The notes beneath the pieces were generated by a model. It was not told the DNA's origin. It searched no databases and saw only the letters and a list, made by a program, of their open reading frames with translations. A stretch of 63,144 bases of DNA, the filler included, from Reticulomyxa filosa (lineage: Eukaryota; Protista; Foraminifera), in assembly GCA_000512085.1 (NCBI GenBank). It is 16 parts of 16 records of this genome, joined end to end, with 100 filler letters (N's around TTAATTAATTAA, not from the genome) between each part and the next. Parts side by side here need not be neighbours in the genome. Positions count along the whole stretch, not along the records: positions 46,155 to 57,305 come from ASPP01007377.1; positions 57,406 to 61,665 come from ASPP01007590.1; positions 61,766 to 63,144 come from ASPP01002595.1; 13 more parts are not named here. One strand, written 5' to 3'. Position numbers and translations under genes: made by a program. Below are positions 53,201 through 63,144 of this stretch, in pieces; positions within the stretch are counted from its first letter, which is position 1, and each line of letters begins with the position of its first letter.

Positions 53201-53940
53201 ATCATCTTTTTTTTCATCCTTTTTCATCATCTTTTTATTCATAACAAAAATATTTTCTGCTGTCGTTATCAAAGTGCAAATATAACCAATAAATTATCTC
53301 ATTTGAAAATACCGTTGTTTTTCGACGGTTTTTGATTGGTAATCCAATTTGCGACTATTTTCAAATTATTTATTTAAACTTTTTTTTTACATTTTTTCTT
53401 CAAAAAGAGATCCTTACTCTGGGTTCGTCTAGCCAATTCAAGATACCATCTGAAGATTCATCACTAGATAGGTTATCTTTTCCTTCATTTTTGCTTGCAT
53501 CTTCTGTCTTTTTAGGGTTTTGTTGAGTGATATCGCTATTAATACTGTTTTCAAACTTTTTCGGTACTTCCAATTTTTCGTTTATATTTGCTTTTGAATT
53601 ATAATTTTTTGAATTAATGACTTCTGTGTTGTTATGGTGTTGGTTTTACCTTGATCCAAGCTTTCATTTGGTTTTTGAAACTTAAGCTTCGATTCATTTT
53701 CTTTATCTTTTTCTTTTTGTGATCTCAATTGCTTGATTCTCTCTTTGTAGTCTTTACCTTTGATATTTGAATGCGACGTGGATGTGGTTGGCTCATTTTC
53801 ATTACTTTTTTGATTATGTAAAAATTGATTTTGTGTTTGAAGATCTGGAAATGATAGAAATGAAACCCTCACTCGTTTAAAGTTATGTCTTCATTGTCAG
53901 AACCAAGAATATTGGCAATGTCGTCCTGCAAGGACAGCAT
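50255..53940 (-). CDS. Large coiled-coil protein, multi-exon (possibly FBF1-like centriolar protein; weak)
   Basis: A chain of minus-strand ORFs (53582, 52889, 51943, 51490, 51119, 50515, 50255) with long E/Q/K/L heptads separated by GT-AG introns. Confidence 0.6.
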
Positions 53941-54375
53941 ATTTTTTTTAAGAGACAACTGGTAGATTAGTGCCAGTGAAATCAATTTTTGAATTATGAA
54001 AAAATATGTATGACGTTGTTTAGAGTTTACAATAGAACAATAAAATCCAAAAAACAATTCAAATTGGTCTAACTAATACAAATTTTTTGTTCGTTCTTTT
54101 TATCATAGTTGAAGACATACAATCGACAGTTTGATAATTGCAAAAATTTTTTATGTGAAAAAGCCAATTCGCTTTGAAAAATTTCCAAAAGTATTCAAGA
54201 AATTTTAACAAATTTTTTTTTGAAAAACAAAGCAACATATTTTACTCACAATTGAGGAGAAAAAACATTTAAAAACAAAAGATGAACAACACAACACCAG
54301 TCAGTTTTTTTTGGAAAGAGAAAAACTGTACATAAAAATTCAAATTATACATGGCCGTGGATTATGACTGATCCA

Positions 54376-57305
54376 TTACAAGGCTACCTCAAATGTTGTG
54401 TAAATTTTTTTATATATGTTTTTTCTAGTCATTTTTCTCGACTGCATTCTCCATTCAATACCAATTTTGGTAAAGGAGGTTAACTTGGCCAGGAAAGTCA
54501 TGGCTTTCATTGGATTTTGAATAATTTTCATGTCATATAAGTTTGGTCCAATGGCTGCTCCCAAGCTCTTGTTTATCCACCAAAAAAAAAAAAAATGTAT
54601 GACAACAATGTCTTTTTTTTTAAAAAAAAGAAGGAGATGAAAACTTGTGTATTCATTTGATTGAAAGATTGATTGGCAACGATTTCAGCACATAAATCCA
54701 AAAGCCATAAAAAGACAGATTTATTGGGTTCTGGGATAGTTTGAAAGACGGCAGAGAATTTTTGATCGCTTTGCGTTTGTTCAATAACCTGAACGGTAAG
54801 GGACTGAAGAAGAGGCGTGGGTAACTCTCGCAACCATTGTTTGATCAACTGTGAGACAATAAACGGATCGACCGACTGAAAGACACTTGGATCTGTTTTT
54901 CCGGAATCGATAGTATCTCTCACACGATCATACTGGCCTTGATTCGGTAGCTTGCGGAATATCCCTTCGACCAAGTGCCCTTGATTTTCGAACAGACTAG
55001 TGCCCAAATTCACCAAAATAGTGGGAATGGGCGAGTCATAATAAGGAATGTCGGTAGCAGGCACCGCGTCGATGGCCACACCAAATTGCTTTGTCGAATC
55101 GTTTGCATTATTATTGTTGGTTGTGTTCTTGTTTCCACTGTTATTGTTGCCATTACCACTATTGGATGCATACACATCAGTATTGGCCTTGTTGTTTGTG
55201 TTTCCATTGCTGAGTTCGCGCTCATCCGTTTTGTCATTGCCTTCATTATTTTTTTCGTCTTCGCTGTTCTCTGCTGATTCAGTTACTGCCTCAGCGTTAC
55301 CTTTGTCCTCTTTTTTTTTGGAATGATTGATTATATATATATATATATGTATATATAATGTGTGTATATTAATATTAAGCAGAGTGAAACTTTTAAGGAA
55401 CAATTTGGCCAAAATACTGCGTTTTTTTTTGCTTTTTTTTTGGACGTGCTTTTTTTTCGGTAGAGTCATCTTGTGGGAGTGCGTAGAGTGATTTGGAGCG
55501 GCCTTTTTCCGGAGGGGGATTGTTTTTGGAAAAGTCGGAGGCAAAGCTTTGACTTGGTTCTCCATTTGGGCCAGACGTGCTGTTGTTGTACACTGCCTTT
55601 TCTTCGCTGTTTTCGTATTCATTTTCGCTGGCATTATTGGAATGGTCGGTGTCCCACGCGCTTTTGATTTCTTTTTTTTTGGCGCTCGTGTCAGTCTTTG
55701 GCTGTACGGCAGTGAAAGATCTGGTCTGCCGCTCTGCAGTAGGCAGAGTAGCATTGACATTGGCATTGGTATCAGAAGAAGAAGGAGGCGGTGGTGGCGG
55801 TACGATATCAGTGAATTGTCCCAACTGTGAGGGTGTGCGTGCACGTGGATGAGCATAGCGATCGACATCCAAGGCGGCACCACTGCTGACAGCAATGGTA
55901 TGACCACGACGAGTGCGTTCGCGACTAGCATCAGAGGAGGACGGACCAAGCGACGAGTTGGCAGCGGCGACATTGTTTTGGCCTTGATGCACTTTGGTGA
56001 ATGGAGTGCTTCGTCGACGGTCGTCCAGACGACCTCGATCGTCAGTCAAAAGAGCAGACGTCCCCTCCTCGGAAGAAGGCGGAGGAGGAGGAGGAGGAAC
56101 GAGCGAGTAATCTTGACCGGTGGCCGAAGGCGTGAGCAGGTGCCATTGTCATTGTTGGAGGGCGTGAACTGACCCTTGTTTCGAGCACGAAACGAGGCGC
56201 TGTTGCTGTCCACCGTGGCAGCCACGCTATCTTCCGCCGGCGACGTTGGCGACAAATCGGGCTTTTGATCTGCGTTGGGCGACGAGTGTCTCTTGCTCAT
56301 ATTGCCCGAGATAGGCAAAGGTCGCAATGGGGCCTGACTGCGTGGCACAAATGCACTGGCCGTGCGATCACGCATGTGTCCTGCGTTCTGCGCACGATTG
56401 GGATCTCCCGACTCGGATATGTCCACTTTGGAGCTGGGCGTTGGAATTGCACTACCTGATGGTGACACAATTGCTGATACTGATGCTGATGCTGATGCTG
56501 ATGCTGATACTGATGAAGTCGATGCGTGAAACTGAGGCTGCTCATCTTGGACTTGCTTAAACGAAGGCGTAATGTTGTTTCGTTGAGATGCAGACACATT
56601 AGACGACGGCGAGATTAGGACAGACTCATTGCGATCCTGCTGTGTCAGTCTCGTCTTGGATGCCATCTTGTCTTTGTACACGTTAGCAATCTTCTTCAAT
56701 CCTCGAATGGTTTCGTCGTTGTTTCGAGACAAATGCACCGAAAATGGCACACGCGAAATACGCTTGCTTTGACGCTCGTTCGTCTTGGTGTCGTCTGCTG
56801 GAGGCTCCAAAGGCGCCGTGTTCACCCATTTCGTGTCCAATGTCAGGCTCTCCGTACTCACTTGCTTCACTTTCGAATAAGGCACAAATGTCTTCTTTTC
56901 GCGAGTCTTGGCTCGAAACAAATACGGATTTGTCCCCGAGTCATTGCTATTATTTTGCTTTACACTCTCATTGCCATTGCCATTTCTATTTTCATTGCCA
57001 TTTCTATTTTCATTGCCATTTCTATTTTCATTGCCATTTCTATTTTCATTATTTGTATTCTCGTCATTTGCATATTCGTCATCTGCATGTTCGCCATCTG
57101 CATGCTCGTCATCTTCGTCTTCGTTTTCATTTCCATCGACATTTGCGTCATCTTTACTCGCTTTTTCATTCTCATTTGTCCCTGTCGGTATGCTGCTTTC
57201 GTTCACAATAGCTAATGGCGCAGCAGACGGGGTCAAGTCTTTATTGTTGGCAGAGCTGATTGCATCATCATTATCCTCCTTTTCTTTTTCTTTTTCTTTT
57301 TCTTT
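54376..57305 (-). CDS. RhoGAP-domain protein with a long disordered N-terminus, 5' incomplete
   Basis: FGV..IPTIL..EGIFR (arginine finger)..IKQWLRELP..N..MN..GPNL. Confidence 0.88.
56968..57047 (-). repeat. 18-bp coding tandem repeat (NGNENR)n
   Basis: ttgccatttctattttca repeated about 4 times. Confidence 0.9.
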
Positions 57306-57405
57306 NNNNNNNNNNNNNNNNNNNNNNNNNNNNNNNNNNNNNNNNNNNNTTAATTAATTAANNNNNNNNNNNNNNNNNNNNNNNNNNNNNNNNNNNNNNN
57401 NNNNN

Positions 57406-58444
57406 AAAAAAAAAAAAAAAAAAACGAAACGAAAACATCATCGTTCCTAATCCCACTCCCAAAATGATGGCCCTCTTTTTGGAAATACGATACGTGTCAG
57501 CTAACATGTCTTTGTATTCATCCAATTTACCAATGAGTAGTGACGGATAGGCGACCACGGTGCGGACATTGAGGAGCACCTCATAGCTAAAGCTGCCGGC
57601 ATCCACAAACGGATCAGCGTTTTGTCCGCCTGCGCCTTTCCAGAGCATTCCTTGGATTACACCAGTGAGCACCAACGCCGGGACACAAGCAATCAGCACC
57701 AGAGACATCGCCCACGAATAGATAAACGCCAACACAAATCCAACGATAAATGTTACTAGTCGTTGAAATAGAAAACCCCACTTTCGCCCTATCGCATTGT
57801 CAATGTCGCTCGTCTCACTAATCAATTTCGCGTTCAAACGTCCACTGTTCTTCTTGTCGTGGAATGCCACTTCTTGCTTCAGCAAGATTTGGTAATAATC
57901 ACGACGTATTGCCACCCCCACTTTTGTGCCTTTTTTTTGTTAAAAAAAAAAGGTAACTAAGGGAGGGGGGGGAGGGCGGTAAAAAAAAAAAAAAAGTATA
58001 CGTACCGTAGTACCCCCAGGCCGCGAAGGAAACCACTGACAAGATCAAAGCACTTACCCCCATAATAATAAAGTAGTACACCACATCCAGTGCCTTCTTT
58101 TGGCGCTTTTCCGCATACACCAGTGAGTTGATCATCTCGCGAAATAATGTCGCAAATACAGGCATTACACAACCCATAGCGGCGCTGGACACTATTCCTA
58201 ACAGGTACCACAGAATCAATGGTCTTCCATACTCTTTTCTTACTCGAGACAAACCGCCATAGTCAGGAATGTCCTCTTTTTCTTCCTCGTCGTCTTTATG
58301 TTTGCCTTTGCGTTTCTTTTTCTCTGTCTTTGTTTCTGTTTTTGGTTCTGTCTTTATTTCGAGATTTGTCTCTGTTTGTTTTGATTCATTTGCACCCGGA
58401 TTTTCTTTTTCACCAGCGGTGGTCACCTCTGTTTTTTCTGTCAT
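57406..58444 (-). CDS. ABCB (MDR/P-glycoprotein) transporter, N-terminal TMD, 3' incomplete
   Basis: GCVMPVF, IRRDYYQILLKQEVAFHD..SGRL, AFIYSWAMSLV and EVLLNVRTVVAY motifs; one intron. Confidence 0.88.
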
Positions 58445-58844
58445 TGCTCTTTATGTGGTAATACTTTATGTGGATTTTATTTTTCGCTAAGATAAAAAAA
58501 AACAAGGGGTCCACACAATATAACCACACTGCAAGATTATATTGTAGATCATATTTCTCGATGTCTGTCTGGTCTGCAACCAAACAAGTTACAAGATGAG
58601 CAATCCACAAAAACGTGGTACCTTTTCCGATAATACTATTAAAGCGAAGGTGTGGGACAGCAATCGAGAACCAACTTTTCCCAAAAAAAAATGTACTTTA
58701 CAATTAAGTAACACTAAAAAAAGTTGTGAAGAAACAAATCAACACAAAGGATACAAATGAATGTGGAAGTTTTGTTTGTTATATGTTTAATGAGCAAAAT
58801 CACTTTTGCATAATCAAACACAATGCATTGCACATCAACAAGTT

Positions 58845-58910
58845 TGCAAAAAATCCGGAAAGACAGTATATACATATTGTATATAAATCTTTCCATCAAT
58901 TAACATTCGA
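58845..58910 (-). promoter_or_regulatory. Candidate non-canonical SECIS element
   Basis: The minus strand reads UGAU-GGAAAGAU-U-UAUAUACA-AUA-UGUAUAUA-CU-GUCUUUCC-GGAU, a UGAN/NGAN quartet closing a long helix about 110 nt after the selenoprotein stop codon. Confidence 0.5.
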
Positions 58911-59007
58911 TACGCAACAGCCATTTCAAAGTGAACAAAGTAACAAAAAGCTCCCACAAACATAGAGTTCCTAAGCAAAAGACCAGTGACAAGAGACCTT
59001 TCCTGAA

Positions 59008-60432
59008 TTAAAGAGAAGAAGAATAGCGCGACAGTTGAAGAAGGAGGTCTTGCAGGTCATAATAGCCAGGCCATTTGGGTTGTAAAATGAATTGAATGGT
59101 AGAATGATGTAAAAGGAATGCACGCAAAGGCCAGGCGGCATAAGTAGTTTGAAAGCAATTGTCCATCGTGTCAACGTAGACAGGTATTTGAAAATGGAAT
59201 TCATCCATTAAGCGTTCGGCCAGTGTACATCGGTCAGTCAAAGACTCGTGTTGTTTGATGCACAAACTTGGTTTGGTCCGAATGGGCCACTCGTTCGATG
59301 CATGGGCTTCAAGAATGTACACAAAGACAAAGTTAAAGTCCTTTCGGAATGCATCGAACATGCAATTCAAATACCCGACATTGACACGAAAAGGGGGTCA
59401 AGTAATACTTCCACTTATGACCACGGTCGGTTTTTTCAAGTCCTTATCTTGTCCTTTGATGATCGCGCTTAATTTTGTTCTTGTCCGTCACGCGTGATCA
59501 GAGGTACGTCCTTCCACTCGTCCCCTACTCGGAAAGACCCACGTTCAGCGCGATTGTGTTTCAAGTAATACGTGGCACTTTGGATCTCCACGTCGTTGGG
59601 ATATAACCGACGAGCCGATCGCAATGTCTGCACTGCATAGTTCATCTCATCATTGTTCTCGTATCCAAACTCCTTCACCACGCGCTCTTGACATCGCACT
59701 ATACTCACAGGGACGTGCACCTTGTTGCCCATTTCCACTCCCACATCGCTTCCATCGTCAAAGGCACCTGATTCCATCTCCATCTCTTCCAATGACTCTT
59801 GGCTTAATCTCACCTCATTTTCTCTCTTCAACATTGCTAGCAGCACGTCTCGGGTTATCTTCTTGCATGTTTCCGGGCATTCTCTTTCCATCAACTTTTT
59901 TTTTTATACGTTATTTTACTAGTTGTTTTTTTCCTCCCCTTTTTTTTTTAAAAACAAAAAAAAAAAGGGGGTACAAACTGGTGAAAAAAAGTCAAAATTG
60001 CATCGCCCGTTCGCCGCGGCTAACATGCGTGCCATCATTCGTCGTTCCTTTAGAACTAACAGCGGATATTTGGTATTAAACCATTTTTTAATACGTACCA
60101 CGTCATTCGGTGGCATCACTGTTGAAAATTGATCCACACCCAGACCCGTGGTTACAGTCAGCGTGTTTGCATTCAACGCAATTTCCACCACCTCCCCTTT
60201 CACTTCTTTACCAATCGTAAACGTTAGTTCACCGGATTTCTATCAGTTTTTTTGTTTTGTTTTTTTTTGGGATCAATCTTCCCCCAGATGTCAAACAAAC
60301 AAAATAGCCTTTCGAAACTTCACTCTTTTTGAAAATCCAGTTTGCATTAGAGTCCTTTGAGAAAAATTCCAACGTCTCTGTGCTCGTTTCGTCTGTTTTC
60401 GTTGGCTTTTCGTTTTTTCCCAGAGCTGTCAT
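59008..60432 (-). CDS. Iodothyronine deiodinase-like (DI-like) selenoprotein; exons 60432-60301, 60239-59979, 59894-59008; Sec TGA at 59400-59398; 1-nt homopolymer frameshift near 59475
   Basis: KPTVVISGSIT-TGA-PPFR matches deiodinase SCTUPPF. YILEAHASNEW matches YIxEAHxxDGW. VDTMDN..YAAWPLR matches VDxMxN..YxAxPER. Both introns are phase 0 GT-AG and keep the frame. Confidence 0.88.
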
Positions 60433-60676
60433 TTCGATTTCTGTCCTGCTTCTTTCAATGTATTGCAAAGAAGAAAAGCAGGCAGAATGTTGAGTCTATA
60501 ATTCTGGTTGTGATCTGATTTGCTTTTTGATCTTTTTCAGCAAAAATCCTTTGGACGTCCCTTTCCAAAAGCTAAATCTTTGAAATATTTTGCTGACAGC
60601 CGATCAGAACATGGTATTTGAATAGTAACAAAATTTCTCCTGATTAATTCGCTTTAACAATAAAATTTCTATTAAG

Positions 60677-61665
60677 TTGTGTGAATTTGAAAGCAAAGCC
60701 GGGCGCTCTGCTCAACAGGCCCGAAGGGGAGCACCGAAGATATTTGGGGGGGATATTGAAAATAATAATATCCAAGGAAATATCGATTTTGGGATGAGCA
60801 GAATTGAAGAATCAGAAAAGACAAATGAGAATGATGGAAAAAAAGATAAGTTGAATTTGGGAGGTGAAGATGTATATCGAAGTACACATGGTGACCATCC
60901 TTCGTACTACCAACCGAAGCATATCCGCGAGATCGTGTATCCAAAGTATTACAAGCCACTATTTTCAACAGACCACATAAACCCAACGGATCCAAGCACA
61001 TGGGTGATTAATCTGACAGCCGAAGAGAAGAATACGTTTGAAGAGATATTGAAAGCAATAAAAGCATACAATAAGAGCGTAGTGGTAAGAGCAGCAGGAG
61101 GATGGGTTCGAGACAAATTGTTGAATTGCCAATCTGACGACATTGACTTGGCAGTCGACACAATGACCGGAGAAACGTTTGGCGAGATGTTGCAAGGATA
61201 TTGGCAGAACATCAAACACGAAACCATTACTCTCGGAAAAATCAAGGAAAATCCAGACAAGTCCAAGCACTTGGCGAGCGTTACATTCAAGCTGGGCAGT
61301 ATCGCCTTTGATGTTGCGAATTTGCGAACCGAGGAATATTCGCAGCACACAAGAGTCCCTACCGTCAAAGTGGGCACGCCCGAACAAGATTCGTTTCGCA
61401 GAGACCTGACTTTCAATGCTTTGTTTTATAACCTCAATTTGGGTTGCGTCGAGGATTTTACAAAGCTTGTTTCGTTCCATTTGTTTCTATTGTTCTATTT
61501 ATACATATACATATATGTATATGTGTATATAAAATTTTGCACATTTTTCACAATTAAATTACAAAAGACATAAAAATGTCACGATTAATAGGGGGTCAAA
61601 GATTTGTGTGCTGGCATTGCAAGGACTCCTTTATATCCCAAAGAAACTTATCAAGATGATCCCCT
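60677..61665 (+). CDS. CCA-adding tRNA nucleotidyltransferase (class II), 3' incomplete
   Basis: AGGWVRDKLL..DDID, NPDKSKHL, DVANLRTEEY and RRDLTFNALFYN motifs, then an intron followed by RTPL..DDP. Confidence 0.92.
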
Positions 61666-62619
61666 NNNNNNNNNNNNNNNNNNNNNNNNNNNNNNNNNNN
61701 NNNNNNNNNTTAATTAATTAANNNNNNNNNNNNNNNNNNNNNNNNNNNNNNNNNNNNNNNNNNNNTTTTTTTTTTTTTTTGGATTGCAAGCACTTTGACT
61801 TGCAAATTGAGTAGTGCAATCTGCTTTTTTTTTTGGACCAAAGAAGAACGACGGGTTTTGGATTCAATTGCACTTGCACAACTGCTTGGCTTTTGACAGC
61901 GGTGAGACCACTCTTTGCACACAACAGTATCCCTACCTTTTTGTACAGTCGTTGCATTCTTTTTTTTTGATATGCAAGTCTATTCTTGCTTCAGATAATG
62001 GAGTTTTTAGTTCGAGAGCTAGGAAAAAGAATAGAAAGACAAAACAACGATCGAAAGTACTGTTGGCACGGATAAAAAAACTGACCACAAAAAATCGGCA
62101 AATGATTGTCAAAAATTAATTTTATAGTTTGATATATTACCCTCGAGCAAAAAAATGATTCGCTCCTTGAATCGGATCCATTGGGTCACGAATTTCAAAA
62201 AATAAAGATGATATTATAATTTCATTCGATAAAGTTAAAAAAAAACTCCCAACTATTGTTGTTTTTTTATTTTACATTTTGGTTTTGATAGCTATTCAAA
62301 CCTTGAGACATCTAAAGTCGACCCTCTTTGAGAGTTGCAAAATTTGTTTACTCCACATTTGGATTATATTTGAGTTTCCAAAAAAAAAAGTAGACATCCA
62401 TCTCTAAGTAGCTCAGACCCTTATCTTAATAAAGTACGTTTAGCTTGAACCTTTTCTTATAAAGACTCCTTTTATTTACCCACTTCTTTTTTGAAATGGA
62501 AACAAATGTTCAATTTTTCTTTGCATTCTTTTTTTCAAACACCACCAAATTCAGAGGAGCTATTAGATTTTCAACATGATTCGGAAGAACAAAACATCAG
62601 ACAAAAAAACTAGCATGAT

Positions 62620-62815
62620 AATTCATACTCAATTGTCGCGCAAAGGATACAAACAGCGGGCAATCGAGCTTTTGGAAATGGTCGGTTTAGGAGATCGGTT
62701 GGAATATTTGCCATCTGAGCTGAGTGGTGGTGAACAACAAAGGGTCACCATTGCCAGGGCTTTGGCCAACCTGAAATTCTTTTGCTCGACGAACCGACAG
62801 GCGACTTGGAAATAC
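62620..62815 (+). pseudogene. Fragment of a LolD/MacB-like ABC ATPase
   Basis: [30 protein letters not shown], then a frameshift into [13 protein letters not shown]. No Walker A is present upstream. Confidence 0.7.
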
Positions 62816-63144
62816 AGGCCATACATTTCAAATAATGACGATCAAAGACATTTCTGTACTTTTGTTAGTTCTGTAGTATCATTACCAACTTGTTTGGAGA
62901 TTTGTATCAGCTAGTTGCTGTGTGTAAAAAAATACATATCAATTGTAGAAAAATAAAGTTATGATTTATCGCATTATTATCGGATTTACTGAAGAAAATA
63001 AAATTTTTGTTTTCGGTTTTTAAAAACGTTTTTTAACAAGCTACAATATCTTTTCCATTTTAGGTCGTAAATGAAGTTTTTATTTTTACCAACGTTATGA
63101 AAGCTCTGGAGAAAAAAAAAAACCCTTTGTTGGAAAAAAAATTC

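Noticed and set aside
58895-58935. Alternative SECIS candidate UGAA...UGAU just upstream of the chosen hairpin
   Set aside because: The helix above the putative quartet pairs poorly.
9853-61765. Regularly recurring TTAATTAATTAA motif flanked by Ns as a biological repeat or array
   Set aside because: It is an identical synthetic 100-bp six-frame-stop linker used to concatenate contigs. Adjacency across it has no biological meaning.

Overview
This window is not one locus. It is 16 short contigs joined by 15 artificial 100-bp spacers (N44-TTAATTAATTAA-N44). Fifteen contigs look like an AT-rich, intron-rich protist genome; the gene families and intron style suggest a foraminiferan such as Reticulomyxa (inference). 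One contig (18652-25303) is a gene-dense, low-GC alphaproteobacterial, Rickettsiales-like fragment with ispB, ccmF, lysA, ridA, a UPF0104 membrane protein and a redoxin, bounded at both ends by IS1-family transposase 3' ends. Eukaryotic genes include a PB1-like/caspase/TPR protein, a RING/TRAF-like Gly-rich protein, an AGC kinase, a TOM1-like adaptor, sulfide:quinone oxidoreductase, a C-type lectin, an SDR, a sulfotransferase, an RNF213-like fragment, TFIIIC Tau95, a RhoGAP, an ABCB transporter and a CCA-adding enzyme, plus decayed Ty3/gypsy and Tc1 elements. The strongest hidden feature is a 3-exon deiodinase-like selenoprotein gene (60432-59008, minus) that the ORF track splits into four ORFs. 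It has an in-frame TGA in the GSIT-U-PPF active-site motif, an extra unknown N-terminal region and a non-canonical SECIS-like hairpin in its 3' UTR. Other notable signals are the caspase-TPR sensor/effector-like architecture, introns with GTT donors and A-rich acceptors, and a 116-bp palindrome with a GC-rich core. Many single-base frameshifts fall in homopolymers and are probably sequencing errors.
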